A stretch of 64,000 bases of DNA. Source: an uncultured Verrucomicrobiae bacterium (GTDB lineage: Bacteria > Chlamydiota > Chlamydiia > Chlamydiales > Rhabdochlamydiaceae). Within the stretch, counting starts at the first letter, position 1, and every line of letters starts with the position of its first letter. The notes under the pieces are model-generated. The model saw nothing but the letters and a program-made list of their open reading frames with translations, did no database searches and was not told the DNA's origin. Made by a program: the position numbers and the translations under genes. This document shows positions 18,461 to 27,699 of this stretch, piece after piece. The DNA is taken from positions 1,613,802-1,677,801 of the forward strand of contig OY970364.1 in assembly GCA_963718565.1 (NCBI GenBank). The letters run 5' to 3'.

Positions 18461-19207
18461 ATGGCAGCGATTGAAATCTCGGAAACGCTTAAAGATGAAT
18501 TGCTTAAATTTTTAAAAAAAAGCAAAAAAGCAGATCTCATCACAACCTATCTCTTTTTTTTGGAAAAAAAATTTAATATCGACCCCGTCCTCTTCATTCG
18601 TGATAAAATGATTTTTCAAAGCGAGGACGAGTTAGTAGACAAGTTAGAGTCTCAGGGAAAGCTTTGGCGCGAGACAGAGATTAAGATCCAATACGGACAA
18701 CAAAGTGTCAATGAGCAAACAAAAAAAGTGTATATCTGTCCATTTACCGGCAAAGTTTTTGGCGACAATACTCACCCCAATCCGCAAGATGCCATTTACG
18801 ATTGGGTGTCAAAATGTCCAGAAAACAAGGAGCGTGTCGGAGGACTGAAGGCCAAGCGTTTTTTTGTCTCTGAAGATCTTGAAGTGATCAAAAACTACAT
18901 CGTCAAACGCAAAGAGCCAATCACAAAGATTGTTTATTCCTCTGCAGTTACAGGAAAACTATTCAACAGCAAGGAAGCCGTCCTCGACGATTTTGTCAAA
19001 AATCAACTGAAGCCAATTCCTTTAGAAGAAGTTCCTAATCAAAATCGTTTCCAAATCGAAGAAACCTTTCTCGCCTTCATTCAAAAACAGCTTGAAGAAG
19101 GTAAAATCAATTCATTTGTAGAATCTTTATCACAATACGATGAATTCTCATCCTACATCGATCAGTGGCTGGAGGAGGTCAAAGAAGAGTCTGAAGATGA
19201 AGGGTAA
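18461..19207 (+). CDS. Chlamydiae-specific conserved protein (DUF2709-like)
   Basis: YICPFTGKVF..NPQDAIYDW..CP signature; position upstream of tsaE. Confidence 0.8.
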   Translation: MAAIEISETLKDELLKFLKKSKKADLITTYLFFLEKKFNIDPVLFIRDKMIFQSEDELVDKLESQGKLWRETEIKIQYGQQSVNEQTKKVYICPFTGKVFGDNTHPNPQDAIYDWVSKCPENKERVGGLKAKRFFVSEDLEVIKNYIVKRKEPITKIVYSSAVTGKLFNSKEAVLDDFVKNQLKPIPLEEVPNQNRFQIEETFLAFIQKQLEEGKINSFVESLSQYDEFSSYIDQWLEEVKEESEDEG

Positions 19208-19231
19208 ACCTTTGGCCGTCTTTTTCAAGAT

Positions 19232-19882
19232 ATGTTATACCGCGCGCAGGAAGGTTTTGTGAATTTGGACTCAGCGAGGCAAAGCACAATCGAAGCTTGC
19301 GGTCCGAATGACGAAGCCATAGTGAAAACTATGGCTGCGGAGACACGAGAAGGTCTAGTAGACCTTCGCAGTGCAGAGCAGGTGAACGAAGCGAACGGGG
19401 AGGATCGATTGGGCAAAGCCGCAGCCAGTCCAAATTCACAAAACCTGACGGAGCGCGGTATATTTGCTAAACATACCACACACTCCCCCGAAGAAACTCA
19501 TCGTTTAGGAAAAGCCTTTGGCCAATCCCTAACTTCCGGTTCCATCATTGCTTTCTTTGGAGACCTCGGTGCAGGTAAAACGACTTTTATTCGCGGTCTT
19601 GTCGATGGGATCGGCTCAGTCGATATGAGAAACGTGTGCAGCCCAACGTTCACTCTCTTGAATATCTACAATGGGGACAAAATGGTATTTCATTTCGATC
19701 TTTATCGACTCCCTAGAGAAGAAGAATTTTTTGCCGCTGGATTTGATGAATATTTTAAAGCTGGGGGCATTTGTTGCTTGGAATGGGCTGAAAAAATTAC
19801 CTCCTCGCTCCCTACTCATACTTTCAAGGTCATTTTTTCTCACCTCGGAGAAAAAACAAGACAAATTGAGATTTTAAAATGA
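19232..19882 (+). CDS. tsaE: tRNA threonylcarbamoyladenosine biosynthesis ATPase TsaE with a MITE-derived 75-aa insertion after residue 2
   Basis: GDLGAGKTTF, CSPTFTL, HFDLYRL, LEWAE; N-terminal block coincides with repeat H. Confidence 0.92.
   Translation: MLYRAQEGFVNLDSARQSTIEACGPNDEAIVKTMAAETREGLVDLRSAEQVNEANGEDRLGKAAASPNSQNLTERGIFAKHTTHSPEETHRLGKAFGQSLTSGSIIAFFGDLGAGKTTFIRGLVDGIGSVDMRNVCSPTFTLLNIYNGDKMVFHFDLYRLPREEEFFAAGFDEYFKAGGICCLEWAEKITSSLPTHTFKVIFSHLGEKTRQIEILK
19236..19462. mobile_element. Family H MITE, in frame in tsaE
   Basis: TATACCGCGC..GCGCGGTATA ends, longer imperfect IR GGTTTTGTGAATTTGGACT/AGTCCAAATTCACAAAACC; net 225 bp after TA duplication; second partial copy at 5100-5167. 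Confidence 0.88.
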
Positions 19883-20526
19883 AAAAAAAAGCTGCATTTA
19901 CCCAAGCGCAATTTATCGCCTCGGCATATTCACAGGATTGTTTTCCCAAAATAGTCACCCCCTCTGGCCATCTGATGCCGGAAATTGCCGTTGTAGGTCG
20001 CTCGAATGTCGGAAAATCTTCCTTAATTAATCATCTTCTTAAGAGCAAGCTAGCAAAAACTTCATCCGCTCCTGGCAAGACGCGATCGATTAATTTTTTC
20101 TCTGTCGATGAGCAGTTTGTCCTTGTCGACCTCCCTGGTTATGGTTACGCTAAGGCGCCCAAACAAGTCAAAGCCCAATGGGTGGATATCATTGATCACT
20201 ATTTGCAAAACCGCTCCACATTGCAATTGATCTTGTTCTTGCTCGATTCCCGACGCCAACCCTCAGAAGAGGACCTCGCTTTTGTCCAATGGGCATCGTT
20301 TCATCAAAAGTCTCAGCTCATCATTTTTACTAAAACAGACAAGACGAGCGAAATGGAAAAAAAGAAAAATACCTTGGCCGCATTGGATTCCCTAAAAAAA
20401 ATTCAAAATTCAGCTTGCCCATGCTTTCTTCATTACTCAATTAAAGATCCGCACGCTAGAATAGAACTTATCCACAAAATTAATAATCTGTTATCTAAAG
20501 AGCGAGTTCAAAATGGGCCTAATTAA
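19879..20526 (+). CDS. engB: Ribosome biogenesis GTPase YihA/YsxC
   Basis: GRSNVGKSS, PGKT, DLPGYG, TKTD. Confidence 0.93.
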   Translation: MKKKAAFTQAQFIASAYSQDCFPKIVTPSGHLMPEIAVVGRSNVGKSSLINHLLKSKLAKTSSAPGKTRSINFFSVDEQFVLVDLPGYGYAKAPKQVKAQWVDIIDHYLQNRSTLQLILFLLDSRRQPSEEDLAFVQWASFHQKSQLIIFTKTDKTSEMEKKKNTLAALDSLKKIQNSACPCFLHYSIKDPHARIELIHKINNLLSKERVQNGPN

Positions 20527-21262
20527 CAAAGATGTGTTCGTCTGTTTAGACTGCGAAACTACCGGGCTCGAAACCGATAAAGATCGCATTATCGAAATCG
20601 CGATGGTGCGATTTGACTTCGATCAAACAGTGGAATCGTTTGAAACGCTGATCGATCCTCAGATGCCTATTCCAGAAGTTTCCATTGCCATTCACCATAT
20701 CAATGATATCATGGTGAAAGGGAAACCGAAAATTCAGGAAATTCTTCCAAAGGTTTTTGAGTTTGTTGGGAAATCCATCCTTGTAGGGCATGGCATCCCT
20801 AACGATATCGCTTTTCTCTGCGCCGCTGCAAAACAACATCAGATCCCTTGCAAGCTCGCTTCGCATCCCTATTTGGACACTTTGCGGTTGGCCCGACTTT
20901 ATGGCGAAAGCCCCATCAATTCTTTAGAAAAACTTCGCCAGCACTTCAACATTGCCGAAGAGGGAGCTCATCGCGCAATGAATGATGTGGTCGTGAACAT
21001 CGAAGTCTTCAAATATCTTGCCCGACGCTATAAAACGACAGAGCAAATCGTCAATCGACTTAAAAGCCCGATTCAGCTTAAAGCGATGCCTCTTGGAAAA
21101 CATAAGGGGCGTTTCTTTTCTGAAATTCCAGTGGAGTATTTACGCTGGGCTGTCAACCAGAACTTCGATCAAGATCTACTTTTCTCTTTGAAAACGGAAT
21201 TAAAAAAACGCAATAAAGGAATCCAATTCGGACAAGCAGCAAGTCCCTTTGCAAATCTTTAA
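20513..21262 (+). CDS. dnaQ: DnaQ-like DEDDh 3'-5' exonuclease with C-terminal extension
   Basis: LDCETTG, VGHGIPND, DTL, AHRAMND; MPLGKHKG tail domain. Confidence 0.85.
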   Translation: MGLINKDVFVCLDCETTGLETDKDRIIEIAMVRFDFDQTVESFETLIDPQMPIPEVSIAIHHINDIMVKGKPKIQEILPKVFEFVGKSILVGHGIPNDIAFLCAAAKQHQIPCKLASHPYLDTLRLARLYGESPINSLEKLRQHFNIAEEGAHRAMNDVVVNIEVFKYLARRYKTTEQIVNRLKSPIQLKAMPLGKHKGRFFSEIPVEYLRWAVNQNFDQDLLFSLKTELKKRNKGIQFGQAASPFANL

Positions 21263-22472
21263 GAGTGTGTTTGTGAAAAAATTGCAATTACAAGATTTAG
21301 ATCCCCAAGGAAAAAAAGTCCTGGTTCGCGTTGATTTCAATGTTCCTTTAAGCAAGGATGGTTCGGTTGTTGACGATACTCGAATTAGAGAATCCCTACC
21401 CACTATTCAATATATTTTAAAATCAGGCGGAAGCGCAATTTTGATGAGCCATTTGGGAAGGCCAAAGGGAACTCCTGATCCTCAATTTTCGCTAATTCCT
21501 TGCGCTAAAGCTCTTTCAAAATTGCTCGGAATACCCGTGCAAATGGCAGAAGATTGCATCGGCGAAAAAGTAGAAAAAATAGCGAGCGATTTGAAACCTG
21601 GGCAAGTTCTTCTCTTGGAAAATTTGCGTTTTCATCCCGCCGAAGAAAAACCTTCTATAGACCCCACTTTTGCAAAAAAGCTCGCACGTCTTGGCGATAT
21701 CTATGTCAACGACGCTTTTGGAACTGCGCATCGCATGCATGCTTCGACAGCGGCGATTGCACAGTATTTTCCAGGAAAATCCGCTGCAGGCTTTCTCATG
21801 CTAAAAGAGATCCATTTTCTCAGCTCACTGCTAAATCCCAAGCGTCCTTTTTACGCCATTATTGGAGGAGCAAAAATTTCTACGAAAATGGGAGTGCTTA
21901 AGTCTCTCCTTTCAAAAACAGATGGTATTTTCATCGGCGGAGGTATGGCCTTTACATGCTACCTTGCCCAAGGGATCAAGATTGGAAACTCTATTCATGA
22001 AGACGACCAGATTCCAGTTGCCACTGAATTTCTAAAAGCATGCGATGAAAAAAAAATTCCTTGCTGGCTGCCTGAAGACTTGATCATTGCAGATGCCTTC
22101 CGCGATGATGCGCAAAGTCAGTGCATTACCGCCTCTCAGGGAATTCCTGATGGCTGGCAAGGGATGGACATTGGACCTGAAACAGTGGAAAAATGGAGCA
22201 CAATCTTAAAAAATGCGGAAACTATTTTTTGGAATGGCCCTCTTGGCGTGTTCGAATTCCCCCATTTTGCTAAAGGGACAGAGCAGATTGCTAAAGTACT
22301 CTCATCTCTTAAGGCAATCACTGTGATTGGAGGCGGAGATTCTGTCGCTGCGGTTCATCAACTGGGGTTGATCTCATCATTTACCCATGTATCGACCGGT
22401 GGGGGAGCTTCATTAGAGTTTATTGAATACGGCCATCTTCCCGGCATCGAAGCTTTGACCGGAGTTAACTAG
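21249..22472 (+). CDS. pgk: Phosphoglycerate kinase (true start probably a few codons downstream)
   Basis: RVDFNVP, SHLGRP, LENLRF, NDAFGTAHR, GGAKISTK, WNGPLG, STGGGASL. Confidence 0.97.
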   Translation: MQIFKSVFVKKLQLQDLDPQGKKVLVRVDFNVPLSKDGSVVDDTRIRESLPTIQYILKSGGSAILMSHLGRPKGTPDPQFSLIPCAKALSKLLGIPVQMAEDCIGEKVEKIASDLKPGQVLLLENLRFHPAEEKPSIDPTFAKKLARLGDIYVNDAFGTAHRMHASTAAIAQYFPGKSAAGFLMLKEIHFLSSLLNPKRPFYAIIGGAKISTKMGVLKSLLSKTDGIFIGGGMAFTCYLAQGIKIGNSIHEDDQIPVATEFLKACDEKKIPCWLPEDLIIADAFRDDAQSQCITASQGIPDGWQGMDIGPETVEKWSTILKNAETIFWNGPLGVFEFPHFAKGTEQIAKVLSSLKAITVIGGGDSVAAVHQLGLISSFTHVSTGGGASLEFIEYGHLPGIEALTGVN

Positions 22473-22479
22473 TTTTAGA

Positions 22480-22733
22480 TTGACAGAGCAGGCAATAGAT
22501 GCTGCAATCGAGGCCCATCGAATTAGGATTGTTACTCAATTTTGGGCGGAAACTGCTTCGCGATGGTATAGAAAGGGTTGTTAATGGTACGTCCTTAAAA
22601 ACTCATGGCAAAAGTTGAAGACCATTTGGATCCATGCCTGATTGAGATCGATAAATGCAAAGCCTGGCATGGATCCAAATGACATTCAGTGCTTGCCATA
22701 GGTTTTTGAGGACGTACTGTTAATGATTTATAA
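22480..22733 (+). pseudogene. Internally deleted GxxExxY (PDDEXK_3-like) gene, further interrupted by a family C MITE
   Basis: LTEQAIDAAIEAHR joined out of frame to LGLLLNFGRKLLRDGIERVVN[MITE]DL*. Confidence 0.6.
22587..22717. mobile_element. Family C MITE, short form (131 bp)
   Basis: Same TIR as 5177-5739; 8-bp TSD TGTTAATG at 22579-22586 and 22718-22725; empty homologous site at 27423-27450 (minus strand). Confidence 0.92.
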
Positions 22734-22861
22734 CCTCCGCGGCTCTGCGTCTTTGCGTTGATCCCCTGCCGACTGTGTTCGTACAGGCGTTACAGGGGGC
22801 TAAAAGAACCAATTTTTGAAGTTTCTTCAGTGTATGCGGCGAGGAGTTTTGCAATTCCCTC
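22728..22861. repeat. Family F repeat followed by a family E end
   Basis: 22728-22834 is a near-perfect reverse complement of 27322-27428; GCGGCGAGGAGTTTTGCAATTCCCTC follows. Confidence 0.85.
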
Positions 22862-23041
22862 TTTAAATTAATTTAGAAAGTGTCTTCAAATTAAAATGAT
22901 TTGAACACACTCTCTTATCAATTTGAGAAAAATTTAATTTTTAGTTTCAAATACATCGGCTGGTTAATCGTTGTCAAATAAGGTAAAACCGCTATAATGG
23001 CCCCATCTTTTAAGAACTGCTCCATATAACCTAGGCGAGAT

Positions 23042-24619
23042 ATGTCTTCTGCGACAGGTTTTGGTAGAATCCGGGCTTTCCTTTGGCCGATCTACCGTCA
23101 TGAGCTGAAAAGGTTCGTTCCTTTACTCTTGATCTTCTTTCTCGTCGGATTTAACTACAGCCTTTTGCGCGGAACAAAGGATGCTCTTGTCGTTACCGCT
23201 CCTTCGTCTGGAGCAGAAGCATTGCCCTACTTGAAGGTCTGGGCGATTGTTCCGATGGCATTTCTTTTTACATTTATTTTTACACGCGTTTCAAACCGCC
23301 TATCCAGGGAAAAAATATTTTACGCGATGATGAGCATTTTCATCGCCTTTTTCTTGTTCTTCATGTTTGCCCTTTATCCCTTTCGAGATGCGCTTCACCC
23401 GCACTCTGTTTGCGATGAGATTCAAAAACTACTTCCTCAAGGTCTGCAGGGATTTGTCGCCATCTTTAGAAACTGGACCTTTACCCTGTTTTACATTATG
23501 GCTGAGATGTGGAGCACGATCATCATGACTGTGCTAGCCTGGGGGTTTGCAAATGATGTGACAAGCGTTAACGATGCCAAACGCTATTATGGGCTTTTAG
23601 GAATTGGAATCAACCTTTCCGGGGTTGTCGCTGGATCTGTCGCCACTTCGATGTCGCAAAACACATTCTACCCAGGCCTGCCCTTTGGAGCGACTGCTTG
23701 GGACCAGACAGTGTTCCTCTTATGTAGTATTTTTGTTCTCGCAGGTGGCTTATGCATGGCCCTCTTTCGCTATATCCATACCCAAGGTCATGGTTACAAC
23801 GCTCCCTCCTATCACGCTCAAAATAAGGGTATGGAAGAAGTAAAAATGGGATTGCGTAAAAATTTTGCTTATTTAGCCAAGTCCAAATATTTGATCTGCA
23901 TCGCGGTCATCGTCGTCATGTACAATATCGCGATTAATCTTGTTGAAGTTGTCTGGAAAGACCAGGTCAAACAACTTTACCCCAACCCTTCGGATTTCAA
24001 TGCCTATATGGGACAAGTTTTAACTTGGATCGGTATTGTAGCAACCATCATCAGCGTATTCATTTCCAGTACGATTATTCGTAAATTCAGCTGGACAACA
24101 AACGCTCTCATCTCGCCGATGATCCTGCTGACAACCGGCATTGCCTTCTTTTTCTTCTTCTTTTTCAAAGACTCTAGTTTTGCCTCCTTTGCTTCCTGGT
24201 TTGGCACAACCCCACTTGCCCTATGCGTCTTTTTTGGGTCCTTGCAAAATTGTCTTGCCCGCGCCTCTAAATATACTCTTTTTGATGCCACCAAAGAACT
24301 TGCCTTCATTCCTCTGAGTAAAGAATGCAAATTAAAAGGAAAAGCAGCGATCGATGGTGTCGGATCCCGCATTGGAAAATCAGGCGGATCGCTCATCCAT
24401 ACCAGCTTGCTCATGGTTTTTGGCACAGTTTCGCTCAGCACTCCCTATGTCGGCTTTCTGCTTTTATTCGTGATCGCGGCATGGACGACGGCTGCTTTTT
24501 CGCTTGGAAAACGCTTTAACGATCTCGTCTCTCATCAAGAAACTCTTAAAGATCCCGACGAAGAGCAAGAACCTGTTCTTCAGCCAGTGATGGCCGACTC
24601 TTCCGCTATACCGAAATGA
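23042..24619 (+). CDS. TLC-family nucleotide (ATP/ADP or NTP) translocase, in the Npt2-like genomic position
   Basis: FNYSLLRGTKDALVV, GAEALPYLKVW, AEMWS, WGFAND, KYTLFDATKE, KGKAAIDGVGSRIGKSGG. Confidence 0.95.
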   Translation: MSSATGFGRIRAFLWPIYRHELKRFVPLLLIFFLVGFNYSLLRGTKDALVVTAPSSGAEALPYLKVWAIVPMAFLFTFIFTRVSNRLSREKIFYAMMSIFIAFFLFFMFALYPFRDALHPHSVCDEIQKLLPQGLQGFVAIFRNWTFTLFYIMAEMWSTIIMTVLAWGFANDVTSVNDAKRYYGLLGIGINLSGVVAGSVATSMSQNTFYPGLPFGATAWDQTVFLLCSIFVLAGGLCMALFRYIHTQGHGYNAPSYHAQNKGMEEVKMGLRKNFAYLAKSKYLICIAVIVVMYNIAINLVEVVWKDQVKQLYPNPSDFNAYMGQVLTWIGIVATIISVFISSTIIRKFSWTTNALISPMILLTTGIAFFFFFFFKDSSFASFASWFGTTPLALCVFFGSLQNCLARASKYTLFDATKELAFIPLSKECKLKGKAAIDGVGSRIGKSGGSLIHTSLLMVFGTVSLSTPYVGFLLLFVIAAWTTAAFSLGKRFNDLVSHQETLKDPDEEQEPVLQPVMADSSAIPK

Positions 24620-24897
24620 ATTCAAGATTTGGAAATTTGGCAAGGCTGCGGATACTTTGAAAATGTCCAGTGGATATTTTCAAAGAGGAGCAGGTGAGCA
24701 AAGCGAACCGGCCCGGAGGGCGCCCTGAATTTGAGCCAGCATATGCGGCGCTGCTGCGGACACTTATCAAAAGAGCACGATTGCTCTTTTGTAAGAGAAG
24801 CAGGCACAACTTGAATAAGTTGTGCGATGCAGGCGGGCTCAAATACAGCGGCTGCCCGACGTAGCCAGAAACCAAATCCTGAGTTCATTTCGGTATA
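24607..24897. mobile_element. Family D MITE, long form (291 bp) overlapping the translocase stop
   Basis: TATACCGAAATGAA..TTCATTTCGGTATA; TA at both ends; homologous to 36317-36490 and 51522-51695. Confidence 0.9.
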
Positions 24898-24938
24898 AGT
24901 AATCAGATTAAATACGATGATATGTTATAAATAATATT

Positions 24939-25565
24939 ATGGAATACCTGACAGAAATCATTACTCGTCACGCCCATCATGCTCATTGGTATCTATTTAT
25001 TGCGATCATTCTAGCCGGATTTAATATTCCTTTTAGCGCGGATCTTCTCATATTGCTTGCAGCGATTTTAGCTGCGACAGTTGTCCCAGAGCACACATGG
25101 CTCCTTTTTTATAGTATTTTATTTGGCTGTTATTTTTCTGCGATGTGCGCATATTGGCTCGGCAGGTTAATTGGAACCGCGCTGAGCAAGAGAAAGTTTT
25201 TTTCAAAACTCCTCAGCGCTCACCGCCTCTCCAGGATTAAACAATTTTATGAGAAATATGGCCTTTGGACACTTGTCATTGGCCGGTTTATTCCATTTGG
25301 TGTGCGTAATTGCATCTTTATGTCTTCGGGAATGAGTAAACTGCACTTTGGAAAATTTGTTCTCATGGATGCCTTTGCCTGCATTCTTTGGTGCAGTACA
25401 TGCTTCTATTTGTTCTTCGCCCTCGGTCAAAACTATGAGGCCATTTGGCATTATCTTAAGACCTTTAATCTGTTAATTTTCGCTGCTTTCAGTGTGACGG
25501 TAATTGGCATTATTTGGTATAAAAGTAGGAAGAAGATACGGAAGAAAAACCTATCAACAAATTAG
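24939..25565 (+). CDS. dedA: DedA-family membrane protein
   Basis: AGFNIPFSADL, YWLGR, GRFIPFGVR. Confidence 0.88.
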   Translation: MEYLTEIITRHAHHAHWYLFIAIILAGFNIPFSADLLILLAAILAATVVPEHTWLLFYSILFGCYFSAMCAYWLGRLIGTALSKRKFFSKLLSAHRLSRIKQFYEKYGLWTLVIGRFIPFGVRNCIFMSSGMSKLHFGKFVLMDAFACILWCSTCFYLFFALGQNYEAIWHYLKTFNLLIFAAFSVTVIGIIWYKSRKKIRKKNLSTN

Positions 25566-25595
25566 TTTGATCATCTCATACAAATCGTTAGCAGA

Positions 25596-26135
25596 ATGTT
25601 AAGCTTACATAACAGTTTATCTTTTCTTAGAGCTCCGTTAGCTTTTTTGTTTTTGGTAGAAAACACGACATTTCGCATCATTGCCATTCTTTTAGCAATG
25701 CTTACTGATAGCATTGATGGATACTTAGCGCGTCGTTGTAAGGCTGTGACACGTTTTGGGGCGATCCTTGATCCCGCAATGGACAAATTCTTTGTCTTTT
25801 TTGCACTTGTCGTTTTGTTCCTAGAAGGGAAAATGGAGTTGTGGCAAGCACTCGCAATGATCTCTCGTGATTTTTTTCTTCTTCTGTTTGGACTCTATCT
25901 TAGCCTTACCGGACATTGGGAAAGCTACCGTTTTACCTCTATACGTTGGGGCAAAGTCACAACAGCGCTCCAATTTCTCGTCCTAATAGGGCTGACATTT
26001 GGTGTCTTTTTCCCAAGTTATCTCTATGGCATTTTCATTCTTTTTGGCATGCTTGCCTTTATTGAACTTTGGCAGATCAAGAGAAATTCTGCTCTCCCTC
26101 CGACCGCCAAAGCAGAAGATACCACTTCGAATTAA
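25596..26135 (+). CDS. pgsA: CDP-alcohol phosphatidyltransferase (PgsA-like)
   Basis: TDSIDGYLARR..FGAILDPAMDK. Confidence 0.9.
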   Translation: MLSLHNSLSFLRAPLAFLFLVENTTFRIIAILLAMLTDSIDGYLARRCKAVTRFGAILDPAMDKFFVFFALVVLFLEGKMELWQALAMISRDFFLLLFGLYLSLTGHWESYRFTSIRWGKVTTALQFLVLIGLTFGVFFPSYLYGIFILFGMLAFIELWQIKRNSALPPTAKAEDTTSN

Positions 26136-27220
26136 AGCGGAGCCTTTGTGGCTAGTCTGCCTTGAATGGAAAGCATCGGTATCGGCATTTCTGCACCAGC
26201 CTCTATCAATTCTCTATAAATCAACATCAAAATCTCCTGTTTGACCGTCAGATATTTGTCGTATCGCGTCTGAAGCGTATAAATGTCGATGTATAAGTCT
26301 AGTGTGAATTGGTTGAGTCCGTTTAAAACAACAAGAACCGGCAAATGGGCATCGATGTCCGGGTGATTAGCAATGGCAATTTTGAGTTTGTCTACAAGTT
26401 CAGGAATGCGCAGAAAGTCCTCGTAACGTACACCGAACTTCTCTTCAATGCGGCGATGAGTCATCCGGGAGGCGTTTATCACTTGAGCATGTGAAAAAAT
26501 CGAATTAGGAAGATAAACAGACCTTTTTTCTTTGTCGCGCACCGTTGTCAAAGACCAACCAATCTCTTCAACACTCCCTTCAAGGTTCTGTTCAGGAAGA
26601 GAAATAGAATCCCCGATCATAAATGGTCGATTGATGTGCAGCATTAGACCGCTGCAAAAATTAGCAATGACATCTTTGCTTGCAAAACCAATTGCAGCTG
26701 CCCCGATGCCGCCAAATGCGATGAGCGGCCCAATGTTCAATCCCCAGATTTGAAGGACGATCATCAAAGAAATGACGACGATCATCATCGACAAAATTCT
26801 ACCGGCAGCATACACAAAACCCGTATGGATTTTTTTGTGATGGTGCTCTTTGTTCAAAAAGTTTTTTTGAACGACACTTTTCCATCTTAGCAATACCCAA
26901 GCAAGGCAGAGGACAAATCCAGTACTGCGAAAGGCATTAATGTAATTCTCAAAAAAAGAAAAGTCAAATCGCCTTCCCAAAATTTCAATCACTAAGGTTC
27001 CCCCTAAAATCCATAATAAAATTTGAAAAGGCAGAAAGAGAACCTCATCGATCTTCTCTTTCCAATCATGCGACACCGAAAGAGAGCGATGCCGCACATG
27101 CTTAACAATTTTTTTAAAGACAAAATTAACGGCAACTAAAACGAGAATACCAACGATAATTTCAAAAAACCAAAGCCTGTCACCCATGACAAGTTCAGAA
27201 GGAGAGCTGGAAGCATCCAT
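26132..27220 (-). CDS. MscS-family mechanosensitive channel
   Basis: AIGFASKDVIANF, RPFMIGD, GSVEEIG, VYLPNS; ATG 27220 preferred. Confidence 0.9.
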   Translation of the reverse strand: MDASSSPSELVMGDRLWFFEIIVGILVLVAVNFVFKKIVKHVRHRSLSVSHDWKEKIDEVLFLPFQILLWILGGTLVIEILGRRFDFSFFENYINAFRSTGFVLCLAWVLLRWKSVVQKNFLNKEHHHKKIHTGFVYAAGRILSMMIVVISLMIVLQIWGLNIGPLIAFGGIGAAAIGFASKDVIANFCSGLMLHINRPFMIGDSISLPEQNLEGSVEEIGWSLTTVRDKEKRSVYLPNSIFSHAQVINASRMTHRRIEEKFGVRYEDFLRIPELVDKLKIAIANHPDIDAHLPVLVVLNGLNQFTLDLYIDIYTLQTRYDKYLTVKQEILMLIYRELIEAGAEMPIPMLSIQGRLATKAPL

Positions 27221-27285
27221 TTTTTTCCTCCGTTTTACCCCAAGGATAAGCCAAAACTTAAAAAAGAAAAAGGGTGAATCAAAGT

Positions 27286-27458
27286 GGGTGTAAATCAAAA
27301 TATTGAAGCTAGGCATTGAAATATACTGAAGAAACTTCAAAAATTGGTTTTTTTAGCCCCCTGTAGCGCCTGTACGAACACAGTCGGCAGGGGATCAACG
27401 CAAAGACGCAGAGCCGCGGAGGTTATAAATCGTTAACAACCCTTTCTATACCATCGCG
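27286..27458. repeat. Family B half + family F repeat + GxxExxY 3' tail (minus strand)
   Basis: GGGTGTAAATCAAAATATTGAAGCTAGGCATTGAA then the reverse complement of 22728-22834 and FRDGIERVVNDL*. Confidence 0.8.
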
Positions 27459-27630
27459 AAACAATGGATAGGCTTCCTCGATCTTTTGAAAAAAACGGAT
27501 CGTAGATTCTGCATTTAAAGTTTGGTCTTCCTGGATTACCACATTGTGGGAGACAACATCGATGGCCCCTGAAAGGTTGAGTCTTGAACGGCCTGTGTTA
27601 GTTGGGATCTCTTTACGAACCCTTTTTGAT
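27459..27630 (-). pseudogene. IS630-family transposase internal (DDE_3) fragment
   Basis: RKEIPTNTGRSRLNLSGAID..NAESTIRFFQKIEEAYP. Confidence 0.75.
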
Positions 27631-27699
27631 CCATCCAAAAGCATTAGTAGATCAAAATCCTCTTCTCTTTTAAGATTCTGTTTAAGACAGAGAGAATTG

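Noticed and set aside
24606-24888. ORFs 24606-24875, 24622-24888, 24670-24864 (and 36332-36754, 51521-51745)
   Set aside because: Lie within family D repeats; shared peptides reflect the repeat, with no independent evidence of translation
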